DNA of 64,000 nucleotides. Source: Callorhinchus milii (Eukaryota). The notes under the pieces are model-generated. The model had not been told where the DNA came from. It made no database searches and worked only from the letters and a program-made list of their open reading frames with translations. Below are positions 11,984 through 25,733 of this stretch, piece after piece (positions within the stretch are counted from its first letter, which is position 1; every line of letters begins with the position of its first letter). The translations under genes and the position numbers were made by a program. Location: contig NW_024704742.1 of the NCBI RefSeq assembly GCF_018977255.1, positions 6,636,001 to 6,700,000 of the forward strand, read 5' to 3'.

Positions 11984-14900
11984 GCTGGGCCGAATGGCCT
12001 GTTTCTGTGCAGTAGATTCTATGTAGATTACATCAATGGGAATTGATTCTAATAGATCAATAATGTCAGTTCATCTTATCAAGAGATAATTAAAAGATTG
12101 CTTCTTTTTCCAATTAGAATACATTTACGCAAATCATGTTTAAGAACTTAATTGCGTCTGATGCCATTCTGAAGAACCGTAGCATATCCAAGTATTTGTT
12201 TACTTTAAAAAAAGTTGGTTTTCTAAAAAAAATCATGATACAGGTATAGCTCAACAACAATAATAATCCGGTGCCGAATTTCAGACTTCATGTGCAGCCT
12301 GGACTGTGATACAGAACTATGAAATCCAGCCAATGCAATGATTAACAGGAAATATAAATTGATCCTTCTGCACCACATACTACTGTTAGGATGGCCTCCT
12401 CTGTGCTGTAAACATTGTACGATTCTATAAATTTGTGACAATATTAGCAGTCCAGCACTCCTGACAAGGTAATTTACCGAGCCCTGCCAAAACTAACTTT
12501 CACATCGTTGCCTGCACTCCAGAGGTTAATAAACATGAAAAGTAAAGTTTCAAAGTCAAAAAAAGTTTGAGGTGACTTATATCATTTTGATACTCCGGTG
12601 GTATGAACGATAAAAGTCACACGTGGAAAGAAACAATTAAGAGCAACAGTGCGAAATAAGAGAGCGAAAGTTAAGTAGGGCATTTGTTCTTCACCACTTC
12701 TGGTGTTTCTGATTGTTTTATGCATCATTTGAGTTTAGTCTAACTGAAAATATCTTGGCTCCATGTGCTTTTTTTTGCTTTACGTAAATGTAAAGTGACC
12801 AGTTTGTGACAATCTGGTTGGGCTGAAATTGCCCTGTACAGGATGTGATCCCACATGTATTTATTTCTTGTTCTTACTGGCTACATGTACGCTCGAGACA
12901 CACAGCTACAAGTACGGCAGGGCCTCTAAGGGGAAAAGCAAAACTTTGCCAAAGGCTAATTTGCAACAGGGCTCTTCAGTGAGGTTTTTGCATATTTAGA
13001 CTGTGACAGGAAAGTAAAAAGATAAAGATAAGCATCACTAGTGCTGTGCACTCATAGCATAGGACTAAATTGCCACCATTAGTGGCAATACAGCAATTTT
13101 TCATTATGTCACGGTGGGAGAGCTAGGGACCAGCAAACCATTTAACACAGCACATTATCCATTTCCAATAATATTTTTTCCAGTATTAAGAAAAGGGAGC
13201 ATGGATTTGGCTCGCTGAAAGCATTATCTTGCCAATCTTATTATCACAGGAAAAATATATAAATTCCTCGGGCTGTGGAGTAGTGGTGCAAAATGTAGCG
13301 CTGTACGTCTGAACCATTTTCTTTTACCTCAGATTGCTTCCACACGCAATGAATGCTGCATGCAGCCCTTTCTCCCAGGTCCACTAATGTTTTGTTGCCT
13401 TAACCTTACAAAACACTCAGGAATTTTTTAAAAAATGTATTTTTTGACTTAGTCTATCAACACCAAAATCTATCCCCCCTGCCTCCACTACCTGCAATAA
13501 AGACACATGTTAGTAGAACAACACAACAAAATAAAATAATTGCAGACTTTGACTAAAAAAGCGCCACGACACAAATTTGCAGACTATGCCTCAGGCCTCG
13601 GGCTGGTTGCTAAGGTTTTTTTTTGGCTCAGGAGGGAATAGATTACAACCTTCCTTGGCAGATCAGTGCTGGCAATGAAATATCTAGCAAGAGCTCGAAG
13701 TGGGTCCTAAAATTTACACAATAAAAATCATCTTAAATTTAAAAAAACAGCAGGTCCTGTGGCTCGGAAAGGAAGAAAGGACTTAACTGGACTGGCATCC
13801 AATAGTTTACACTGGGATTAGAAAAAGAACACCTCCAATTTTACATCAGAAATAGCAAGGTAGAATTTTTTAGAAGCTTTGTGTCTATCCGACAATGAAT
13901 TTTTTTTTATGCCACATTTTCTCCATTTGATGCTGTTATTTTTCAGCACATCCAACCTTGGTTAGACCCACCCTGAGTTGCCTTATTCCTGTTGTGTTCT
14001 CTCAAAGTGGCTGTAAAGTACCTGTTGCATAAAGGATCAGGGCAGATGTCATTCACAAAGTCACCAGTAGTGCTGAGCTCACAGTTGATTCCTTGCCCAG
14101 GATGAGGTGGCTTCAAAGCCTCATGTGACAAGCACAGTCCCTTGATATATTGCTTTGATGTCATGTCATGATAGATCCTCCTTACTCTGTAAACTTGTTC
14201 ACTTTGGATGCAAGTACCAATACTTCTTGCCCCAACTCCCCACCAATACTCTATCATTATATACTCTGGCACATTGTTTGATTTGCCCATTCTCTTTGGT
14301 CTGAATCTGCAGTCTACTGTTTCCGACACAAAACTTCGCATGGAATATACTAGGTCTAATGGAACGGACGGGCCTAGAATGAAAGACAGGAATACATTTT
14401 TTAAAAACTAACGCATCCAATTGTGTCCACAAAATATACTCTGTGAAGCGCTTTGAGACATCTCAAAGATGTGATAAGATGCTATATCAAATGCAAGGTT
14501 TTTATTTATTATATAAAAGATTGTTCTTTTATTGGTGCAGGATAACAATCTTTCACTTGCTGAAAGTTCAAATTTATGATATAATGACATTGCCAAGATT
14601 TTTAATCCAGGAAGTAAAACAACATATGTTTTTAATGAAGGTTTTATTGTAACTTTTTACTCAGCATTCTTGAACAAAGTGAAAAAGTGCATTGCCTCAT
14701 AAATCAGCAAATGCGATCAATAGATAATCAGAGAGAAAGGATATCATTTCAACACCTTCTATTAGATGAATATCCAGTGTTCAATGGCAATTTATATCAC
14801 CTATGCGATAAAACAGAAATATGTATGCCAGCAAGATACTCAGCGATAATAAGCGAAAGACAAGTTAACATTTTGGGCGTGAATCAGAATATTTACTAAA

Positions 14901-15589
14901 TTCAAGTAGACTCACCTTTTTCCAATTTGCTCATTTGGCTCTTTAGTCAAAATATGCATTGCTGCGTTGCCTGAATCAAATCAAGTCCAGGGAAGAAATT
15001 CTGGTTCAAGATTAACTCTATCTTAATCAAACTTGGGTGGAATTTCTCAATGTATTTTGACAATGATCAGTGTCAGTGGTGAAAATTATTGCTGACAATT
15101 ACATTCCAAGCGAGTCGATAATTATCAGCGTTGGGCCAGTATCTTATAGAGTGACATTCTTCTTCACTTGAAATTCTTCAGGCACCAAAACAATGGTAGT
15201 TGATGAAAGCTTTGGCCCAACCTTGGGTAGGAGAGGTGGAAAGAGAGTGTTTGCACCTGAAACCAGCTAGTAATTATCGATTGGTTTGGACTGCAATGTG
15301 TTGTTGCTGTTGTTGTTGATTGTTATCACATGGCACATCACGTTTTACACCGTTATATCTTGAAGTATTGCATATTATTAGAGGTTTGGGTTTCTTAGAA
15401 GAGATGTGGTGGTTCACACTCCTGACTTAAACTGTTTCTCTATGTATATGCTTTGTGTATTTGTGAAAATAGAAAGATTATATATATATAGTGAAACCCC
15501 CATTAGAAAGTGGTAGTGGATTGTATGAGAATCCTAACCATGCTATAACGTTGGCACGATCGCCAGTCGTTTTTTCTGCATTCACTGCG

Positions 15590-15787
15590 TGTTCTGGTCA
15601 ACAATCCCCCAAATAAGATCACTCACTTCATGGCTGTTTATGGGACTTTGCTATGTGCAAAATAACTCCCACATTCCCTACAAAATACACAGTTACTGCA
15701 CTTCATGATAAATCCTGCGAAGCGCTTTGAGATGTCCTCCTGATTGGAAAGCCGCTATATAATATTGCAAGGATTATTATTATTATT
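15590..15787 (+). mobile_element. Deu-SINE family B, 3' portion
   Basis: ctggtcaacaatcccccaaataa..catggctgttt..gaagcgctttgagatgtcctcctga..gcaaggattattatt. Confidence 0.8.
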
Positions 15788-16479
15788 CGTGCAGGAAAAG
15801 CCAAAATAACCAACTTACAGGTCATCGGGTTGGCACTGACAATGCAGTGCACAAGAAGTGATGCTGGCGGTGACCTGATGACCTGGAAGTTAGCCTAAAC
15901 TCTTGCCTCCATTTTCTAAAAATAGTAGATTTTACCTCTTTCACAGCGCAGAACAAAATTTGTCTTCCAAATCTTTTTTTTAAAATAACTACATTTTGAT
16001 TGTTAATGAGCGAAGCTGTTGACATCAGCATTGCTATTTTAAACATGTCATGTTTAGAGAGCAATAAGATGCAGCTTGACTCAAGCTGTGTCATTAAGTA
16101 AGTGGAGATAAACCAGTGCATGATGTTGCATTACTTCGGGAGGATATTTAACTTGTCAGCAGGGCTTCATATCTCTGTGGAGTGGAAACTGCTAGAACAC
16201 AAGTAATGCTGATCCACGTGAGGCTACCCCAGAGGCTAACGTTATTTAAACGTTCAAGTCACAGATCATTGGTTTGAAGGCTGAGAACCTCTTGCAGCTT
16301 TTTGCTTGTTTCTGGTATTTGTTGAATAACAGATGGTTACGAGTATGTTAAACATAGGATCACATATTCATGAAATATAGAACCAATGACTAACAATGTG
16401 CTACGTAAAAGAGTACACATAGAGAAGCATGTTACATACAATATGGGAAATTGCATAACAAGCAGCATGGTTAAAAAAA

Positions 16480-17215
16480 AATTGCATTTGATATAATCCT
16501 TCACAGGATTTTATTATGTAACAGTGAATGTTGTCTAGTAGGTGAACTTGGCAGCCAATTTGTGCACAGCAATGTCCTACAAACAGCCATCAAGTGAGTG
16601 ACCAATTTTATTTGGGGGATTGTTGGCCTGGGCTACAAAAAATAATCCCTTCTCTTTTCGAATATTGCAACAGGATCTTCAGTGTCCACCTGGATAGGCA
16701 GACAGGACCTTGGTTTAACATTGCATCTAAAGGACGACATCTCCAACAATGCAGAGGGTGGATTGCCATTGTATGGTTTCCCCACTTTCTCAGTTCCTAC
16801 ATTGGTCGTGGAGCCTTCACCCACCATGCTCCTGCTCTCTGGAATTCCCTCACTAAATAGTTTCGCCTTACATCTATCCCCGTTTTGAAATCCCTTCTTA
16901 AAAAAAAACTTGCTTTCCGCACATTGCCACCTTTGCACCATATCCCTTGATACCCTTACCTAATAAAAATCTATCCACCTCAGTCTTGTGCTGTAAAATG
17001 GAGTAACTGTGTGTTTTGCAGACAAACATGATAGGCAATTTGTGCACAGAAATGTACCACAAACAGCCATGAAGAGAATGACCAATTTTATCTGGGAGGA
17101 ATGTTGGCCAGGACACTGGGAGAAACTCCCTTCTCTGTTCGAATGACGCTTTGGGATCTTTAACATCAACATAAATAGGCAACTAAGACCTCAGTTTAAA
17201 GTCTCAGCCAAGAGA
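16480..17215 (-). mobile_element. Cluster of two Deu-SINE family B fragments with intervening L2 and CR1 tail pieces
   Basis: Deu bodies at ~16480-16755 and ~16990-17215; L2 3' piece (IGRGAFTHHAPALWNSL) on + at ~16790-16925. Confidence 0.7.
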
Positions 17216-17497
17216 TTTCAAAGATTAAAACCCACTGGCCATTCACCACCAAACCACCGACACAGTGAAAGACTTCAAAGGTCTGGGGTTTGTTTTCAAA
17301 TAAAATAGATTTAAATCATGGGTTGCTTGTGGCTTGTTCTTGTACGTACACCTCCAATATCACACTGAATCCTTCATTAGCTCAATCTGTTGGAAATGTT
17401 TTATAACGTGACAGCAGCAAAGCATTCAACCAGACCATGTGTCTGCTGTAACTTTTCTCTTACTTCAGTGCTGGGGCTGGAGATTTTACACAGGATC

Positions 17498-17830
17498 GTG
17501 TCGCAAGGGAGTGGACCGGGTTCGATTCCCAGACGAGGCAAAACTTTAGGCTTTCCTTACTCCACACCTCTGTTTACCTGGCAGCAAGTTGGAACCCAGT
17601 TTTTAGGCAATTGGTGGATCGCTTTCCTGGGTTAATAATCCGAAAAATCCCCAAATTCCCCCCAACAAATGTTGTCACTCAATCCACGACTGCTTGTGGG
17701 ACGCTGCTGTGCACAATTTGGCTGCCGTGTTTCTCCCACAAAATACTCAATCAATCCACTTTACAATATATTCTGTGAAGTGCTTTGAGACAACTTAGCA
17801 ATGTGACAAGGCGTTATATCAAATGCAAGA
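17498..17830 (+). mobile_element. SINE family A, older long form, head partly lost
   Basis: B box gggttcgattccc, ttccttactccacacctctgtttacc, Deu-type 3' half, atcaaatgcaag. Confidence 0.85.
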
Positions 17831-18573
17831 GTTAAATTAAGAAGGTAATTCATTGGGCGATTAATACCCAATACGATAATTCCTTTTAGATAAAGAAAAA
17901 ACTCCAAATGTTGAAAATGCTGGGTGACTTAAGCTGAATAAAGTTACAATTTAGAATTTAAAATCAAATGAAAGGATCCATGAGTTGAAGCAAAGCAGCC
18001 AGCATAAAATGCTTTTCCAAGAAAAGCCAATTCTTTCGCTTAATATGCTTAAAATGTTTTTCCAAAGAAAGCCAATTCTTTTGCCCTGTCGCCCTGACCG
18101 CCTAACGTTCTGACCCTGCCAAAACAATCTCACCAGAATGCATCACGTTAATTTGCACTGACATTTACCTCGGCGAGAGATATCAAGTGCCCAAACAGCT
18201 CACTTGACAGTGAAGTCGAAGGGAACTCAAAATGTTTTTAAAAGGTAAATTTATTTTGTGGCTGCAAATACTTCTGCTAGCATATCTTCTTGTTCTGCAT
18301 CCTCGTGTCCTATAACAATTAAGATGTATTAGATTGCATCAAAAGAAAACAAAAAGAGAAATTTCCATTTTGGGGAATTCATACACATTAATTTAAAAGT
18401 ATTAATCCATAAATCTCTGATGCTGCCAACTGACCTTTCAGATTCAGTGAACCATGATTAAATTTAGTATTGCAGCAGTAAGAGTTTGTTGAGTTTATTT
18501 TGCTGGTAGGTATGGAAAGGCAATTAAAGGAAAATTGTCTTCTTCTGTTGTTGCTGCTTTTATCCTAGCATTT

Positions 18574-20432
18574 GTTCACCGACAAATCTGGCTGGACCTC
18601 CTCAAAATCTACCGCTCCACTCTAGCCTCGGCCAAGTCGTCCTTCTCCTCCAAGATAATCCTGGAGGCGAAGAACAACCCCAGGCTTCTGTTTTCTACCA
18701 CAACCCGACTCCTCCGTCCCCACCGCCACCCCGAGCAGGTCATCTCTTCCAACCTTCACTGGGAGGAGATGCTGGATTTCCTTGAATCCAAAATCAAGGG
18801 AATCCGCTCCGCGGTCACTGCCCCTCTAACTTCCACCCACCACCCACCCCTTCCCTCCCACACTCTGACTCCTACCCATCCTCCCCTACACACCTTCGAA
18901 CCCGTTTCCCCACTCTCTGTCACCAAACTTATCCTGTCCCTGAAACCCACCACCTGCTCCCTTGACCCCATTCCCACTCCACTCCTTATCTCTCAGCTCC
19001 ACCTCCTTGCCCCACGTATCACAGACATCATTAACCTGTCCCTCTCCTCTGGCTCTGTTCCCATTCCCCTAAAAACTACCATCATCACTCCCACTTTGAA
19101 AAAACTCTCCCTTGATGCGTCGCAGCTATCAAGCTACCGGCCCATCTCCTCGTCCTCCTCGACCTATCGGCAGCATTCGATACGGTCGACCACGCTATCC
19201 TCCTCCACCGCTTGTCCTCCCACCTCAACCATCAAGGCCCTGTCCTTGAGTGGTTTAGGTCGGACCTTTCCCACCGTCTTCATTTTGTTTCCACAAACAG
19301 CTTCTCCTCCACCCCCCGCACTGTCTCGTGCGGTATCCCTCAGGGCTCTGTCCTCGGTCCCCTCCTCTTCACCCTCTATATGCTCCCCCCGTGGTGACAT
19401 CATCCGCAGACATGGGGTTAACTCCCACATGTATGCGGATGACACCCAACTCTACCTTTCCTCCTCTACCCTCAACTCCATGACCACCGATGTCCTGACA
19501 GCTGTCTGTCCGACATCGAGTCCTGGACGAGAGACAACTTTCTTCAGCTCAACGTGCACAACACTGAGGCCCTCCTGATTGGCTCACGTCAGCGCCTCCG
19601 CACCTCAGGCGCCGACACCATCAGCATCCAAGGCTGCACTCTCCACCACTCAAAGCCAGTCAGGAACCTTGGGGTTCTGTTCGACCCTGAGCTGTCCTTT
19701 CTTCCTCATATCCGCGTCACAACTGGCACCGTCTTCCATCACCTCCGGAACATCGCCAGACTACGGCGCTACCTCACCCCTCACGCTGCTGAAACTCTGG
19801 TCCACGCCTTTATCATCTCAAGGCTGGACTATGGAAACTCTCTCCTCGCCGGCCTTCCCTGCACCTCCCTCCACACTGCAGGTCATTCAGAACTCTGCAG
19901 CTCGTGTACTGTCCCGCACCAGACACCGCGCCCACATCACTCCCACCCTCGCTCGCCTCCACTGGCTCCCCATCCCCCAGAGGATCGAATTCAAGATCCT
20001 CATCCTCACCTACAAGGCCATTCACGGCCTCGCTCCCTCCTACCTCTCTGACCTACTATCCCCCTACCTACCTGCCCGTACCCTCCGTTCCTCTGGCTCC
20101 GGTCTGCTCCACATCCCCCGCCCCAACCGCCCTACCATCGGTGGCCGGGCCTTCAGCCTCTCAGCCCCGAGGCTCTGGAACTCCATCCCTCAGTGCCTTT
20201 GCCGCCTCCTCCCTTTCCTCCTTCAAGGCCGGTCTCAAGACCTTTCTCTTTGACCGAGCCTTCAGCTCCCCTCTCGACTCTCTACCCCCTCCTCGCTCCC
20301 TCCCTTCCCTCCCCTCACCCTGACCATTTCCCCCCAATGCTCGGGTCCTGACCCAACTGTCCAGTGCCTTGGGACGTCCTCCCGACGTGAAAGGCGCTCT
20401 ATAAGTGAAATCTTGTTGTTGTTGTTGTTGTT
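18574..20432 (+). mobile_element. L2 LINE, 5'-truncated, RT region, frameshifted
   Basis: Translations [62 protein letters not shown]; 3' stem-loop and (TTG)n tail at 20413-20432. Confidence 0.95.
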
Positions 20433-20481
20433 CAACAGATTATTAATGGGTCGAACATCTATTGAATAGATATGTCGATAT

Positions 20482-20795
20482 GAGTCCTGTAGCTCAGCGT
20501 ATAGAGCAATCACCTCACAAGCGGGAGACCTGGGTTCGATTCCCGCAAGGGTTAAACCTTGGACAAGATTCCTTACCTCCACACTCCTAATACTAATCCC
20601 TCAAGAAAAAATAAATATAAATAATTTGCTCACTCAATCCACGACTGTTTGTGACACACTGCTGTGCTCAATTGGCTGCTGTGTTTCACCCACAAACATG
20701 CAGTCAATTCACTTTACAGTATATTTTATGAAGCGCTTTGAGACCTCTAGAAGATATGAAAAGCACTATATTAAATGCAAGGCTTATTTATTTTA
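20482..20795 (+). mobile_element. SINE family A, intermediate variant (internal deletion but older-type head and tail)
   Basis: gagtcctgtagctcag..cctcacaagcggg..gggttcgattccc; ctccacactcc|taatactaatccc deletion junction; tail gagacctctagaagatatg. Confidence 0.85.
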
Positions 20796-21539
20796 CTATA
20801 ATAGTGCTGCATCTCCCAGTTCTCTTCGTGTTGTAGTTGAAAAGGGACACTTATTTGAATGAAAGCAGTGCATTTGTCAATTGAATTGTTGGACTGTGCG
20901 GGTGGTATGGATTAACTCGAGTTCAAAATAATCATAAGAGATTACAAGAGATTTGGAATGAAGAAGACCCTTGGCCCTATTTCATCTCATCTTTCCACAC
21001 TGCCAATCCTACCGACTTCCCTACTGCACCAAGTTGTTTCTTGAATGAGCCTTTGTACAACAAAGAAGCTATTTTAGAGAAGTTTTTTTCTCTCTCAGTT
21101 TTCTACAAATACAATTGATTGACTGCAACTTCCCTCTCCTACCCCAACCTCCACCTCCCCCCGTTGTTGAATTAGACTACTGACTAGAGTCACATATAAT
21201 TGGACTTTTATACAAATCTACTGTGATTCTGTTTATAATCTGGGTGTTGCTGTGGATCCAGTAGAACACTGGAAGTGTAGTCCATGTCCAGCTTCCAGCC
21301 GATGACTGATTAACTGGACTAGATTGATTGTCTGGCTTCCTTCCTGCACATTTCATGCAGGTGCAAAAGATCCCTGAACGTTTAATGGTGTCCCAACAAC
21401 CTCTGGGAACCTTCCACAAGAGCTGTTGCTGGCCACCTATGTGCGGCTTGGTTTAGTGCTGTCAGTGATGACCTGTGACTCGGAAGGGCTGAAGAGCAGC
21501 CAATTTTATAGCGTGACCCAATATAGCACAGAACTGGAT

Positions 21540-21676
21540 TTATGGACCAACACTTTATAAGCGGGACCAACTGTGTAAAGAATGTCCGGATGAGGTACAG
21601 GAGAGTGGCTAGTCTCCATGGAGCTATAGCTTAGTGAAGCCATTGACTTCAGGAGAAGAGAGGGGAAAATCGGTCA
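21540..21676 (+). mobile_element. AmnSINE2-like 3' fragment
   Basis: aagaatg..gaggtacaggagagtggct..ccatggagc..ttcaggagaagagaggggaaaatcgg matches 61730-61823 and the recalled AmnSINE2 3' end. Confidence 0.55.
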
Positions 21677-21756
21677 TCCTAAATTAAACAATGTCTCACC
21701 CACAAAGTACACGGTCAATCCACTTTACAATATATTCTGTGAAGCGCTTTGAGATA

Positions 21757-22069
21757 AATAATAATAATCCTTGCATTTGATATAGCGCTTTTCACTTCAG
21801 GAGGATGTCCCAAAGCCCTTCACAGAACACACTGTAAAGTGAATTGACTGTATATTTGTGGGCAAACGCGGCAGCCAATTGCGCACAGCAATGTCCCACA
21901 AACAGTCGTAGATTGAAAATGACCAATTTATTATTGTTTTGTCTTGGAGGGATTATTATTAGGCTCTGTGTGGAGTAAGGAAACATGCCCAAGGTTTCGC
22001 CCTGACCTGCCTGGAATTGAACTCAGGTCTCTCGCTTACAAAGCGAGTGCTCTAACCACTGAGCTACAG
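21757..22069 (-). mobile_element. SINE family A young form, nested in an older SINE tail
   Basis: Close match to 43214-43533; host tail split gcgctttgagat|...|agatgtctcaac. Confidence 0.95.
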
Positions 22070-22299
22070 ATGTCTCAACAATGTATTAAATGTGAGGATT
22101 ATTAACATTTTTATGAGGTGTTCCCTTGAAGAGAAGTGAAAATGTATATATACATCTAATTCCATCACGTTTTTCATTTCACTTTATCTGAGTCATTAGG
22201 CAAAAGTTATTTTAATTTGGATACATCTTTAAATTCACTACTTCCAGTTGATTTGGGATATGATTCAATATTTTTAAAGGCTTGGAGTACCGTAGCGTA

Positions 22300-22620
22300 A
22301 TGGATATCGAGAGGACTCAGGTTTGATTCCTGAGCGGATGAAACATTGGACAGTTTCCTTACTCCACACGCCTCTGTTTACTAAGCATAAGTAGGAACTC
22401 AGTTGCTTGTCGATTGGCAGATCGCTTTCTGGGGGTAAAACTCCCAGCAAAAAAAAATGTGGTCATTCAATCCACGACTTGTTGTGAGACACTGCTGTGC
22501 ACAATTGGCTGCCGCATTTCACCCACAAAATCCATATTGCATTATATTCTGTGAAGCGCTTTGAGACACCTTAACGACATAATAAGGTACTGTATCAAAT
22601 GCAAGGATTATTATTATTAT
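22300..22620 (+). mobile_element. SINE family A, older long form
   Basis: ggtttgattcc, ttccttactccacacgcctctgttta..gtaggaactcagttg..gattggcagatcgc, Deu-type 3' half, (TTA)n. Confidence 0.85.
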
Positions 22621-23409
22621 ATTTAGTCTCTTATTGCTTGCAAATTATCCTTATTTCATAGTAGAAGCTGTGTGTAGTTAATCATGCCTGACAGAAGCTA
22701 TGAAAGTCAGCTGAGTTTTAACAAGGTAGTGTACTTGTCAAGCAATCTGAGCTCTCCTTTAGGGCAAACTAAAATGTAATTAGCCTGTGAGACCCTTAGA
22801 GTTGAACAGAATACAATGTTATCTGTGTTACTGCCGTGGGGTTGAGAAACCGAGAACTGGCCCGTTTTTTTAAAAAAAGATTTTAACAGATCCTAATGTC
22901 AAAACAAGTCTGCTCTTCAAATCTCAAGTGGCCACCAAGGCTGATAGTTGCCTGGATCCTGTCACCGACAGACGGATGAGAACATATTTTTTTACTCTAA
23001 TTTACACCTATGATACCCTTTGATCAATTATTTTTACAGCCTCTCAAAATCCAGCACAGATACTTGTGGGGTCAGCAAAGCTGATCGTTTTTTTTATCAT
23101 GGATTTACATCTCCACAACCATAAACTTTCCACATAGAGATTGGAAAGCTTCATTCTTGAATCATTCATTTTCCATTCAAAGGAGACATGCTGCTTACAT
23201 CAGTATTAAGAGGCTCTTTCTAGGTAAGGAGCACATCCTAAGGGTTATTAAGGGATGTATAATTCTGAGCTGTTTATTTGGAGGAAGAGAGATTCAACTG
23301 GTGAAGCAAACGCACCGAGTTAGAGATTATACAGGAGGGACATAACTCAGCAACTGCCAGAGTATTGTACCATCTGAATGGAGTTCAAAAGGTTTGGATT
23401 TAAGAGAGT

Positions 23410-23545
23410 CTGTTTGGCTCAGTTGGTAGCTTTCAGGTCTGGGCCAGAAGGTTGTAGGTTCAAGCCCCAAGACATGATCTGAGAGCCCACCTGGACTCGA
23501 GGAAGTGCCTCATAGTTGGAGGTTGTACATATTCCTTTGGAAGAT
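23410..23545 (+). mobile_element. Deu-SINE family B head fragment
   Basis: tggctcagttggtagc..cagaaggttgtaggttcaagcccc. Confidence 0.65.
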
Positions 23546-23622
23546 GGCAAAGAGTAATTACGAAAATAAACAAAAATAAATAGTAAGGTGTCCTATCGAC
23601 ACATTTAAAACATTAGCAATAA

Positions 23623-25345
23623 AACAACAAATTACATTTGTATAGCATCTTTCATGTCAGAGGACGGACGTCCCAAGGCCCTGGACAGTCAGGGATTTGG
23701 ACCCGAACAGAAGGTTGGGATCAGGAGGGGTGGAGGGCAGAGAGGGTAGGGGTAGGAGGGTGACCGAAGGTGAGGTCGAAGAGGAGAGTCTTAGATGGGC
23801 CTTGAAGGAGGCAAGGGATGAAGTGAGGTAAAGGGACTGTGGGATGGAGTTCCGAAAAGTGAGGGCAATGAGGCTAAAATCTCGACTGCCAATGGTGGGG
23901 TAGGGCGGACAGGGGACAAGGAGCAGGCTGGAGCCCGTTGAGCAGAGGGAGTGGACAGCTATATATGGAGTTAGCAGGTCACAGAGGTAGAAAGGAGCAA
24001 GCCCATGGAGGGCTTTGAAGGCGAGGACAAAGGTTTTTGAACTCTATCCTCTGGGGGATGGGGAGCCAGTGGAACCAGGCGAAGATGGGAGTAATAGGGT
24101 CATGGAGCTTGGAGGGAGAGAGGACACAAACTGCAAGGTTCTGCAACTTCTGGAGGGAAGAGTTGGGAAATCCGATGAGCAGGGAGTTAGCATAGTCAAG
24201 CCTGGACGTAATGAATATGGAAGTTAACCCCATGCCTGCAGATGATATCCAAGAATGGGAGCATGTAAATATTAAGGAGAGGACCAAGGACAGAGCCCTG
24301 GGGAACATCACACGTGATGGTGCAAGGACTAGAGGAGAAGCCACTGGTGGAAACAAAGTGGAGACGATTGGAAAAGTAAGAATGGAACAAGGCAAGGACA
24401 GAGCCATGAAAGTGGAGTTGACAGGTGGGACAGTGGATAAGAACAGAGTGTTCAACCATGTGAGAAACAGCGGAAAGATCAAGAAAGATGAGGAGGCAGA
24501 GAGAGAACTCTGGTCACAAATAGACAGAATGTCATATGTAACTTTGCCTGTTTCTGTACAACGGATATGGCAGAAACCACATTGAAGAGGTTCAAACAGG
24601 ATATGGCGGGAGAGGAAAGTGCAAAGCTGGGAAGCGACGACTTGTTCCATGATCTTGGAAAGAAAAGGAAGGTTGGAGATGGCTCGGTAGTTTGACAAAA
24701 GAGATGAGCCAAGGGAGGGTTTTCTGAGGATGGGAGTGAAGCCGGCTGTTTTTAAGGGGGCTGGGAACAGTGCCAGTCGACAGAGAGAGAGGTTCACAAT
24801 GTTGGATAGTAGGTGGCAAGGAAGTGGAGCTGGAGGTATGTAGAGGGTTAGGGATGGGCTCAAGGAATCAGGTGATAGACTTCATTTGGGAAATAATAAT
24901 AATAATAATAATCCTTGCATTTGATATAGCGCTTTTCACATCGGGAGGACGTCCCAAAGCGCTTCACAGAGCCCACTGTAAAGTGAATTGACTGTATATT
25001 TGTGGGCAAACGCGGCAGCCAATTGCGCACAGCAATGTCCCACAAACAGTCGTAGATTGAAAATGACCAATTTATTATTGTTTTTGGTTTTGGAGGGATT
25101 ATTATTAGGCTCTGTGTGGAGTAAGGAAACTTGCCCAAGGTTTCGCCCTCTGCCTGGAATTGAACTCAGGTCTCTCACTTGCAAAGCGAGTGCTCTAACC
25201 ACTGAGCTACAGGACTGATAGAGGTGGGAGAAGAGGGGGTGACCGGGTCTAAAGTGTGGGGGAAAGGATAGGTGAAGCCGGAGATGGAAGGGAAAGTCAG
25301 GAGGGAGTGACAATAGAAAGGGCAAGAGATAGCAGAACAGATTCC
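23623..25345 (-). mobile_element. Older L2 LINE (RT region to 3' tail), interrupted by a SINE at 24892-25216
   Basis: [58 protein letters not shown]; tail aacaacaa at 23623 on +. Confidence 0.9.
24892..25216 (-). mobile_element. SINE family A young form, full length
   Basis: Head gtcctgtagctcagtggttagagcactcgctttgcaag, deletion junction ctccacacagagcctaataataatccc, L2-type tail, (TTA)n. Confidence 0.95.
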
Positions 25346-25733
25346 CTCAGCTCAGCATCAAACTCCACCCCTGTTAAGTGCTCAGCTATGCTACCGGACG
25401 CGAAGGGTGCTATACACATGCCAAGTTATTGCCACTCTCACTGCCACTACAACAATACCAAAGGTTTTGTGCAACTACAGAATGTGCAGTAACACTGCAC
25501 CGCTATTGCAAAGATGCACACTATCAAGCACTAACACTGAATGCTCAGCTGATGAATTTACTGAAGTGCCTGTAGCAGCCGACAGTGTTCAGCTGCAGAC
25601 ACCTCACGTTTGCCTTTTCGCTGGCAATCAATCAACCTCACCACTGTACCACATCCCAAGATACTAGCTATCCTGAGTGAAAAGACACTATATAGCTGCA
25701 GGTTGTTGTTGTCACCTCAGAAAGTTTTCATTG

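Noticed and set aside
18005..18081. 32-bp imperfect direct repeat (and three taggacaaaa copies at ~36699-36750)
   Set aside because: Only 2-3 units with no regular spacer structure; ordinary slippage duplications, not CRISPR-like.
18535..19578. 347-aa ORF as a functional protein
   Set aside because: It is a patchwork of flank, in-frame L2 ORF2 and out-of-frame L2 created by a deletion and frameshifts.
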